Part shown: positions 1-6,998 of the stretch, piece by piece
How the letters are laid out: each line of letters starts with the position of its first letter
How positions within the stretch are numbered: position 1 is the stretch's first letter
Origin: Clostridia bacterium
Lineage (GTDB): Bacteria; Bacillota; Clostridia; Christensenellales; DTU072
Assembly (NCBI GenBank): GCA_017403145.1
Contig: JAFQOO010000002.1
Location: 408 to 64,407, forward strand
Direction: 5' to 3'
Length of the DNA stretch: 64,000 nucleotides
The notes under the pieces: model-generated
The model's database searches: none
What the model was told of the DNA's origin: nothing
Seen by the model: only the letters and a program-made list of their open reading frames with translations
Translations under genes and position numbers: made by a program

Positions 1-27
1 ACCCAATCAAGAACTAATTCGAACCAA
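1..27. repeat. 27-nt direct repeat, copy 1 (acccaatcaagaactaAttcgaaccaa)
   Basis: Matches 6131..6157 at 26 of 27 positions. The window edge hides any upstream extension. Confidence 0.8.
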
Positions 28-155
28 AACTTCTTTATTTCACTATTGTAATAAATTCATGTATTATAGAACAAACAATTTCGTGATACAATAATTTTAT
101 GACTAACCTTTTGTTAAACTCATTATTATTATAAACAATTTATTGCGATATTTTT

Positions 156-206
156 GGTACATGGTAAGTGATATTATAAACTTATCAAGTCGTAAAGGAG
201 AAAAAC
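156..206 (+). promoter_or_regulatory. Conserved 51-nt leader/RBS region upstream of paralog A
   Basis: 43 of 51 nt identical to 1449..1499. Starts with GGTACAT and ends with the shared tatcaagtcgtaaaggagaaaaa RBS block. Confidence 0.6.
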
Positions 207-632
207 ATGGAAGATAATGAAAACAACAAACCAATTAGTGCTTTGGAGAGTTTAACGGATGAATGGTACGATTTAACTTTTTGGCCGGATGAAGATTTTG
301 ACTACGATAAATTCGTAAATATTTTTGATAAAACTTATCGCATATTCAAGTTTTTTTCCACAAAAAAATTTGTGGATAGGGCAATACTTGCTCTTTATGA
401 AAGTGTAATCACTTTTTTTAGATTTGGTAGAATGGGAAGTGTTGTTCAAAAGAACGCATGCAAAATCATCGCTAAATGCATGGCTAACGATACCGTTGTT
501 CCAATTGCGCCATGTGACATAGAACCGAAAGGTAGTTTTTGGAAATATGGAGGCAAAGAAATTTATCTTGACTACAATGACGTAAATGGTAGCGTGGCTA
601 GATACGTAGAGTTGATGGAGTCGTTCAAATAG
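207..632 (+). CDS. Hypothetical 141-aa protein, paralog A of a duplicated family
   Basis: Strong RBS (aaaggag), followed by a terminator. Roughly 40-50 percent identical by eye to the 1506..1931 product, with shared blocks DKTYxIFKFFST, FxDRA and YxDYND. No family recognised. Confidence 0.75.
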   Translation: MEDNENNKPISALESLTDEWYDLTFWPDEDFDYDKFVNIFDKTYRIFKFFSTKKFVDRAILALYESVITFFRFGRMGSVVQKNACKIIAKCMANDTVVPIAPCDIEPKGSFWKYGGKEIYLDYNDVNGSVARYVELMESFK

Positions 633-649
633 TAAAACTTAAACAAAAT

Positions 650-686
650 AGACCTGATTTAGGACAACTAAATCAGGTCTTTTTTA
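650..686 (+). terminator. Rho-independent terminator
   Basis: 12-bp stem agacctgattta/taaatcaggtct, 7-nt loop, then a T run. Confidence 0.85.
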
Positions 687-835
687 TTGCTTTTTTGTGG
701 CAAAATGACATATTGGGAAATTTACAATAAGAATTTGTGATGGAGATTATACTCGAGCACAGGTTTTTATTATGTACCAAATTTGACACACCGAAAATGT
801 TACACTACTCTTGAAAAAACAAAAAGGAGAAAAAT

Positions 836-1240
836 ATGGAAAATTTTGATTTGATTATTGGTTACGAAGATGTAAAGCTGGAGCTCAGAAGGGTACTTGA
901 TACGCTCAAAAATCCCGAAAAGTACAAGAATCTTGGAGTGAAACCCCCTAGGGGAATTTTGCTTCACGGCCATCCAGGTGTTGGTAAAACCGTATTGGCA
1001 AAGGCTTTTCTTGAGGCAAGTGGCAGAAAGTATTTCATTTGCAGAAAAGATAAGCCTAACGGAGAATTTGTAAATGAGATTACCGAAACCTTTGAAAAAG
1101 CCAAAGCAGGCGAACCTTGCATTATCCTTCTTGACGATATGGACAAATATGCCAACCAAGAGTTGGTTCGTGTTTTGATGGAAAAGAAAACGCTTACATC
1201 CAAGGATATTGCAAAAATCAAAAGCGTGGTAAACAACTAA
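836..1240 (+). CDS. Truncated/degenerate classical AAA+ ATPase (134 aa)
   Basis: Walker A is GHPGVGKT. The Walker B-like block is ILLDDMD (DD instead of DE). The ORF stops about 30 aa after Walker B, so sensor-1, Arg-finger and lid regions are missing. RBS aaaggag. Confidence 0.6.
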   Translation: MENFDLIIGYEDVKLELRRVLDTLKNPEKYKNLGVKPPRGILLHGHPGVGKTVLAKAFLEASGRKYFICRKDKPNGEFVNEITETFEKAKAGEPCIILLDDMDKYANQELVRVLMEKKTLTSKDIAKIKSVVNN

Positions 1241-1448
1241 TTTGAAAGTAGTATTCAATATTAGAAGTAAGTATTTCGAATCTTTGCAACTAAAATAGTG
1301 ACAAGAAAAACAGCTACAATTTTTGCATCAAATAAGTTAAAACGAAAAGAATCTCTTAGAATGTGATTGCAATATTAGAAAGTTAAACTTGGCACTCCAT
1401 TAGCATATAAACGTATAACTAATATAAATAATTCATTGAGACATTTCC

Positions 1449-1499
1449 GGTACATAACAAGTGATATCTTGAACGTATCAAGTCGTAAAGGAGAAAAAT
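1449..1499 (+). promoter_or_regulatory. Conserved 51-nt leader/RBS region upstream of paralog B
   Basis: Second copy of the 156..206 element (43 of 51 nt identical). Confidence 0.6.
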
Positions 1500-1505
1500 A
1501 GAAAT

Positions 1506-1931
1506 ATGGATAACAATAACAACGATAATCAGATTGTCACTCTTGAAAAAATAGCTTATGATTGGCAAAATTTGGCCATTAGACCAGATTATGAAGACTT
1601 TAATTACGATAAGTTCATATATCTTTTTAACAAAACTTATAATATATTCAAATTCTTTTCCACACGAAGTTTTATTGATAGAGCATTAGTTGGTCTTTAT
1701 GTTAGTGTACAAACTTTTTTTGGGGTAGATTGCAGTGGAACACTTTTGGAGTATGCTTGCAAGACCATTGCCATGACAATGGCACAAGAAACAATGCTTC
1801 CTTGTGAACCGTGTAGCGTTGCTCCGGAAGGCAATGTTATTAGACACCATGGTAAAGAGTTTTATGTTGATTACAACGACATTAAAGGTAGCATATCAAG
1901 ATATATGGAATTTGTTGAGAACCATGAATAA
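1506..1931 (+). CDS. Hypothetical 141-aa protein, paralog B
   Basis: Same length and conserved blocks as the 207..632 product. Its stop overlaps the next start (ATGAATAA). Confidence 0.75.
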   Translation: MDNNNNDNQIVTLEKIAYDWQNLAIRPDYEDFNYDKFIYLFNKTYNIFKFFSTRSFIDRALVGLYVSVQTFFGVDCSGTLLEYACKTIAMTMAQETMLPCEPCSVAPEGNVIRHHGKEFYVDYNDIKGSISRYMEFVENHE

Positions 1932-2406
1932 AGAAGAAATATTAAACGTTATATGTAAAATGATTGATTGTGGCAAAGTATCTACGGCGATGGCTCAAGC
2001 TGTATCTACGATAGGGTACGTTGATGCAAAAAGGGTACTAGAGATATGCAAAAACAACAATTTGGTTGTAGAAAGTGACGACAATGAACTAGTGCCTTGC
2101 GTTACCACTGACGAGTTATATGCTCTTATTGAAAACAATGCCATTGACTTGAGTTTGCCGGAGCAAGAGAGAATCCCCGAGTTTTGTGATATGGTAAAGC
2201 TTATTAGTGAATACGTTGACCTAGTGCAAATCGAAGGTAAGCCAAAATACTTTGCAAAATGCCCGTTTCACAAAGAGAAAATGCCGTCATTTTTAGTAAA
2301 TTCAGCTGAACAATATTTCTATTGCTTTGGTTGTGGACTTAGGGGAAACGCTAGTGATTTTATTGTCCTTGCCACCGAAAAAGGATTGAAGAAAAAGGGC
2401 GATTGA
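1924..2406 (+). CDS. Small DNA-binding protein: FtsK-gamma-like wHTH plus DnaG-type CHC2 zinc finger, no TOPRIM
   Basis: Internal ATG at 1924 overlaps the upstream stop. The N-terminus (VSTAMAQAVSTIGYVDAKRVLEICKNNNLV) resembles an FtsK gamma domain. The C-terminus (CPFHKEKMPSFLVNSAEQYFYCFGCGLRGNASDFI) matches the primase CHC2 zinc-finger motif. Confidence 0.6.
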   Translation: MNKEEILNVICKMIDCGKVSTAMAQAVSTIGYVDAKRVLEICKNNNLVVESDDNELVPCVTTDELYALIENNAIDLSLPEQERIPEFCDMVKLISEYVDLVQIEGKPKYFAKCPFHKEKMPSFLVNSAEQYFYCFGCGLRGNASDFIVLATEKGLKKKGD

Positions 2407-2417
2407 TTTCGCCCTTT
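2394..2417. terminator. Bidirectional hairpin between convergent genes
   Basis: Stem aaagggcga/tcgcccttt overlaps the TGA at 2404..2406, with A and T runs on either side. Confidence 0.6.
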
Positions 2418-2419
2418 AG

Positions 2420-3667
2420 TTAGATTTGGTTAATAAATTTTTCAATATATTGAGAGAATGTTTTATATAATTTATCCATTATATCATCCCGATTCGTTAG
2501 CTCTGAAAAATATTTTTTTTCTTTTTCATCCCATGCGTAAATTTCATCTTCATATGAATTGCTATAAACAAAGTGGAAACGACGTTCATTGATTTTAAAC
2601 CTGCAAATTAGTTCATTGTTTCCTTTTATGCTTATCATTAAATTATTATTTTTGGTTAGTTTTTTTGCACCATTGGAATTCAAAGTATAGTTTTCTTTTT
2701 TGGCACATTCTTGCAATTCTTTGGTCAAAATGGTCAAATCGGATTGGATATTAGACAAATCGATACTTCTTACCTTAAATGATGTATCATTTTTTAAAAA
2801 CTCATCTAACGCCGTATGACAATCAATTTTGTTCAAATGCAAAAGTTTATATACTTTTCCGAATATTACATATTTTCTATAGTCATTAGAAAGTCTGCTT
2901 GCAGGGTGTGGAAGCAAACATAGTTGGCACTCTATTTTTTTTAAATTAGGAATCAAATATTTTATCGCTAAATTATAAACTTGTTTGCTAAATGCAAATA
3001 TAATGAGCTTTTTGGAAGAATCGTTTCCGATAAGTATATTGACTTCTTTTGTTAAAATATTATTAACGCAAGTTTTGATGCAATCATTATGATAATAAGA
3101 AGTGCCTAAACTTTTTTTGCCATCTTCAGTATTCATACTGCATTTGATAACGTTAGTCATATATGCATTGCCAAGTTTAAAGGTTTTTATTAAGCTTGCT
3201 ATTAAACCACCATAGTTTAGTTGCTTATAACACTTAGGATATACGCAATCATCCTTGTTATAGCCATATTTATTTATCCAATACCATTGTAGAGCAGGAT
3301 ATTTTTTATTTTCGATTGGTTGCTTTTGGTATAACTCCGCATATTGGATACTTGGATTTTCAAACAAAAATAACACGGGAATATCGTTCCAGTCGTTTTC
3401 TGGCTTAATTCCCATGCTTGCACAAAAATCTAAAGAGTGTGCACCATGTGAAACGTAGCGAAGATTATACTTTTTATTATCTTTTTCAACAGATGATACG
3501 TTGTTTCCCATGTTCTCACACATAAAACAACAAGTTTCATTGGCGAGAGAAATGTCTTTTTCCCAGCCTTGTGGCACAGATTTTTTTACTATTACTTTGG
3601 TGAAACTAAATTCATTCAATTCGTCACGTATGCTTTGAACTTTTTTAATATCCATTTTCATATCCAT
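2420..3667 (-). CDS. Uracil-DNA glycosylase superfamily-like protein with an unknown ~130-aa C-terminal domain
   Basis: Three motifs appear in the order expected for family 4/5 UDGs. LFLFENPS corresponds to GEAPG/GMNPG motif A. AYMTNVIKC corresponds to the family-4 TN-V-KC block. LPHPASRL corresponds to HPS motif B. RBS aggag; start lies 8 nt after the WYL gene stop. Confidence 0.5.
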   Translation of the reverse strand: MDMKMDIKKVQSIRDELNEFSFTKVIVKKSVPQGWEKDISLANETCCFMCENMGNNVSSVEKDNKKYNLRYVSHGAHSLDFCASMGIKPENDWNDIPVLFLFENPSIQYAELYQKQPIENKKYPALQWYWINKYGYNKDDCVYPKCYKQLNYGGLIASLIKTFKLGNAYMTNVIKCSMNTEDGKKSLGTSYYHNDCIKTCVNNILTKEVNILIGNDSSKKLIIFAFSKQVYNLAIKYLIPNLKKIECQLCLLPHPASRLSNDYRKYVIFGKVYKLLHLNKIDCHTALDEFLKNDTSFKVRSIDLSNIQSDLTILTKELQECAKKENYTLNSNGAKKLTKNNNLMISIKGNNELICRFKINERRFHFVYSNSYEDEIYAWDEKEKKYFSELTNRDDIMDKLYKTFSQYIEKFINQI

Positions 3668-3675
3668 AAAAACTC

Positions 3676-4722
3676 CTAGTCATTATAGTTTTCTATCGCT
3701 TTTAGCAAGTCGGTCTTTATGTCTTCTACTAAACTTTGTGGGCTAATTACTTTTACGTGTGTTGCGTATTGCAACGCCCAAAACTTCATCGATTTTAGGT
3801 TTACGTTTGTTTCGCAAAGTACTTCGTCGTTTTCTTCTTTGATGAATCGAATATCATTGCCAAACCAATCCATCAAGTCGTTATATAAATAGGCTTTTGC
3901 TTTGAAAGTTACTTTGCTACTTTCGCCACTAAACATATAGATATGTTCTGCCATATGTTTTCCAAGCGTCAGTCCATATTTTGTTTCAGGAATTTCACTT
4001 TGGGCTTTGCGAATGCTACCATCTATTGGAGTAATATTTTTAAGTCTATCAATCCTAAAGTGAGCAATGTTATTATATTTATCAATGTTGCCTATTAGGT
4101 AGTATTTGCCGTTTGCAACTACCAATTGATAGGGGTTTACAACGTATTTCTTTAGTTCACCATTATCCCAGATTCTTTCGTGTAGTTTTTTGTCTTTTTG
4201 ATAGGAGCAAACGCTAAAAGAGACCTTTTGATTATGCTTTATGGCTTCTTCCAATATTTCAACGTTTAATAGTACGTCTTTGCTTTTGTGTGAATTATTA
4301 GGCAAGTAAATGACGTGTTTAACTTTTTCACGGAAATAAATATTAGATTGATTTTTAAGCTTATCAATAATGTCCTTAGTTAGTTCGCTTGAAAGTAAGT
4401 CGGAAAAGAGTAGACTATCGATAAGTAGCCTTAATTCACTATCATCAAACTCATGTTCAAGATACCAATCTGTTTGAATTATTTCTTCTTCACCGAATTT
4501 GCCGATACGTGTTTTTTCACTGTATTCTACGTTGTATCCCATCATTATTAGGTTATCAAGGTTTCTACGAATCGCCTTTCTATCAATGGTAACGTTATAG
4601 TTTTTTTCAAGCAATCCCTTGATTTCCATTACGGTTAAACGATGGTTTTCACTCGTATACTTTTTAAGAATTTCTAGAATTTGAAGAACTAACATGTTTT
4701 TTGGAATACTGCTTTCGTTCAT
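3676..4722 (-). CDS. WYL-domain transcriptional regulator (wHTH-WYL-WCX architecture, BrxR/CapW-like)
   Basis: N-terminal wHTH (LTVMEIKGLLEKNYNVTIDRKAIRRNLDNL). WYL core is NPYQLVVANGKYYLIGNIDKYNNIAHFRIDRL. RBS aaggaga. Confidence 0.8.
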   Translation of the reverse strand: MNESSIPKNMLVLQILEILKKYTSENHRLTVMEIKGLLEKNYNVTIDRKAIRRNLDNLIMMGYNVEYSEKTRIGKFGEEEIIQTDWYLEHEFDDSELRLLIDSLLFSDLLSSELTKDIIDKLKNQSNIYFREKVKHVIYLPNNSHKSKDVLLNVEILEEAIKHNQKVSFSVCSYQKDKKLHERIWDNGELKKYVVNPYQLVVANGKYYLIGNIDKYNNIAHFRIDRLKNITPIDGSIRKAQSEIPETKYGLTLGKHMAEHIYMFSGESSKVTFKAKAYLYNDLMDWFGNDIRFIKEENDEVLCETNVNLKSMKFWALQYATHVKVISPQSLVEDIKTDLLKAIENYND

Positions 4723-4841
4723 GGTCGTCTCCTTGTTTAACTATATATTATCATTTTCATAGTAATTTTACAATAGGGTATGGGATAAAAATGGTACATA
4801 TCTGCAAATATACTATATGTATCAAACATAAGGAGCGAGTA

Positions 4842-6092
4842 ATGAAAAGAGAGTTGATAGGTGACTTAAAGCGTTTTAAAGTAAATGGTAATAGCGTTGA
4901 AAAAAGGCAAATATACGGAGAAGTTTATATTCCAAGTGGTGTGAGAGAAATCAGCGATTACTGTTTTTATCGTGATGGAATGTGGCAAGCCATTTGTTTG
5001 CCCGATACTCTTGAGAAAATAGGAGAGTTAGCCTTTGCCGGGGGCTTTTATGGGGAAAGCATAAATTTACCTAAAACTTTAAAAGAAATAGGTCGTGGTG
5101 CATTTAATGAATGTCCTAATTTGAAATACATTGTAGTGCCTGGAAATCTCAAAAAGATAAGTCAAATGTGTTTTAATTTTTGTTATAATTTAGTTAACGT
5201 AACAATTGACGAAGGCGTGCAAGAAATAGGTGATTTTGCTTTTTCTTTTTGTAGAAAGTTATCGCATATTCAATTGCCATCCACTATTAAAAAAATTGGG
5301 AAAAATGCATTTTCCGGGATAAAAGTAGATTATCATATTTATTATGCCGGAACGAAAAAAGATTTTGAAAATATAGATTGGATAGAGCGAAATAAGTACG
5401 TTGATAAAGTAATTTTTGAAAAGAAAATGGATGAGAACGAGTTTGTAAAGACAGGCTTAGATTGTGTAGACTTCGGATACGACGAAATGGACGCTAAAGA
5501 AATGATTGCCGGTAGGAATATTATAAGCCGTCGCAATGGAGTAGTGATAGCTTACGGACGCGATGATTTAATTATAAAAGATGACGTAATTATGCGTCGT
5601 AATGAACCTAAACATATAATTATTACTAGAGATATAGTATCGATAGAAGATTTTTGTTTTGATAAGGAAAACTTAGTAGCAGTTGAATTGCCCGATACAT
5701 TAAAAGAAATAAAGTTTCATTCTTTTTCGGGCTTTGCCGGCGAAAGTATAACTTTACCAAAAGGATTAAAGAAGATAGGGCATTCTGCATTCATAAACAG
5801 TGCCATTAAAAAAATAGAAGTGCCCGGAAGTATTAAAGCGATAGAAGGTATGGCGTTTGGTGATTGTGTTGATTTAGAAGAAGTCATATTAAATGAAGGT
5901 ACCGAGAAGATTGAGTCTTTTGCTTTTTGCGGATGCAAAAAATTAAAATCTATTAGACTTCCTAAGAGCATTGTAGAAGTGCAGGCAGAAGCGTTTAGAA
6001 AATGTGGGCTAAAAGAAATCATAGTGGAAGATGATTCAAACGAATTCTTAAAAAATAAAATGAAAATGGTGTTAGAAAAATTAAAATTATGA
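4842..6092 (+). CDS. BspA-type leucine-rich repeat (LRR_5) protein, no signal peptide
   Basis: Two blocks of ~23-aa repeats (IPxxVxxIGxxAFxxCxxL) separated by a linker. The ATG at 4842 has RBS aaggag. The upstream ORF extension has no RBS and lies in the divergent promoter region. Confidence 0.8.
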   Translation: MKRELIGDLKRFKVNGNSVEKRQIYGEVYIPSGVREISDYCFYRDGMWQAICLPDTLEKIGELAFAGGFYGESINLPKTLKEIGRGAFNECPNLKYIVVPGNLKKISQMCFNFCYNLVNVTIDEGVQEIGDFAFSFCRKLSHIQLPSTIKKIGKNAFSGIKVDYHIYYAGTKKDFENIDWIERNKYVDKVIFEKKMDENEFVKTGLDCVDFGYDEMDAKEMIAGRNIISRRNGVVIAYGRDDLIIKDDVIMRRNEPKHIIITRDIVSIEDFCFDKENLVAVELPDTLKEIKFHSFSGFAGESITLPKGLKKIGHSAFINSAIKKIEVPGSIKAIEGMAFGDCVDLEEVILNEGTEKIESFAFCGCKKLKSIRLPKSIVEVQAEAFRKCGLKEIIVEDDSNEFLKNKMKMVLEKLKL

Positions 6093-6130
6093 TGTATGCA
6101 CTAACCTTTTGCATAATTGCCTTTTATCCC

Positions 6131-6157
6131 ACCCAATCAAGAACTATTTCGAACCAA
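6131..6157. repeat. 27-nt direct repeat, copy 2
   Basis: acccaatcaagaactaTttcgaaccaa. Also part of a 9-bp-stem hairpin, caagaacta-N15-tagttcttg (6138..6170). Confidence 0.8.
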
Positions 6158-6270
6158 GAATTAGTTCTTGAGTATGTTAAACTCGGAAGATTATGATTAC
6201 ACATAGATAAAAAGTATCGTATATAATAGGGGTATTGAAAAAATATAGATAATAGTTTATAATAGACTCG

Positions 6271-6465
6271 ATTAAGCAAAGATTGCGTGCAAAACTTGCT
6301 CAACATTCTTACGTCAAAAAGAAGCTGTTGGAAACAGCCGATTATCTTATTTGTGAAGATAGCCCTAAAGATAGTTTTTGGGGAATCGGAAAAGATAGAA
6401 AAGGACAAAATCACCTCGGTAAATTATGGATGAAATTGCGCAGTGAGATTAGAAACTATAAATAA
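6271..6465 (+). pseudogene. 5'-truncated NADAR (YbiA/DUF1768) family gene remnant
   Basis: The translation IKQRLRAKLAQH...EDSPKDSFWGIGKDRKGQNHLGKLWMKLR aligns with only the last ~60 aa of E. coli YbiA (ALRAKFEQH...DAYWGDGGHGKGKNRLGYLLMELR). An in-frame stop sits at 6253, with no ATG or RBS. Confidence 0.7.
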
Positions 6466-6479
6466 AAAAGGAGATAAAA

Positions 6480-6908
6480 ATGTTTTATTCACCATTGGTT
6501 AAAAAAGCGAGTCTAATTACATTTGACGCACATAAAGAAGATTGTGATAAAAATGGATATCCTTACGTTATGCATCCTTTCTACTTGGCATTTCAAATGG
6601 AAGATGAAAATTCCGTTTGTGTGGCACTATTACATGATGTGATTGAAGACCATGGAGACAAGTATTCTTTCGATTATTTGAGGCAACAAGGCTTTAATGA
6701 AGATATAATATCTACCTTGAAACTTTTAACGCACGATACATTGATTCCATATATGGATTATATAAAGAAAATCGGAGAAAACGAATTGGCAAAAAGAGTT
6801 AAAATTGCTGACCTAAAACATAATTTAGATTCCTCTCGATTGGATGGGAAAGAATTTAACAAAAGTGTTCAGTATAGACAAGCGTTATCTTATTTGACTA
6901 GTCTATAA
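6480..6908 (+). CDS. Stand-alone RelA/SpoT-type HD domain protein (small alarmone hydrolase-like)
   Basis: Contains HPF, LLHDVIEDH and the ADLKHNL motifs typical of (p)ppGpp hydrolase HD_4 domains. RBS aaaggag. Confidence 0.75.
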   Translation: MFYSPLVKKASLITFDAHKEDCDKNGYPYVMHPFYLAFQMEDENSVCVALLHDVIEDHGDKYSFDYLRQQGFNEDIISTLKLLTHDTLIPYMDYIKKIGENELAKRVKIADLKHNLDSSRLDGKEFNKSVQYRQALSYLTSL

Positions 6909-6998
6909 TGGGGTGTTGTATCGATTTTTCCCTGTTGCAAGTATCATTAAATTATAAAAGATAAAGAAATCAAGTTATTTGATTTAAGGAGAGAGGTT

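Noticed and set aside
1-40. tRNA 3' fragment as the attachment site, suggested because the minus strand of the repeat reads GGTTCGAA (T-loop-like)
   Set aside because: The flanking 5 nt on either side of the putative T-loop are not complementary in either copy. No acceptor stem or CCA context can be built.
4701-4841. Long N-terminal extensions offered by the ORF track (4701 for the LRR gene; also 27871, 29502, 10845, 43375, 38347, 25559 and 29622)
   Set aside because: The extensions lack RBS sites. They overlap promoters, hairpins or the CIRCE operators, or add non-homologous residues ahead of conserved N-termini. Internal ATGs with good SD sequences fit better.
6124-6414. 96-aa minus-strand ORF spanning the 27-nt repeat and the NADAR remnant
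   Set aside because: It has no RBS and its composition is hydrophobic and low-complexity. It runs antisense to a recognisable NADAR C-terminal coding frame, so it is better explained as a chance ORF.
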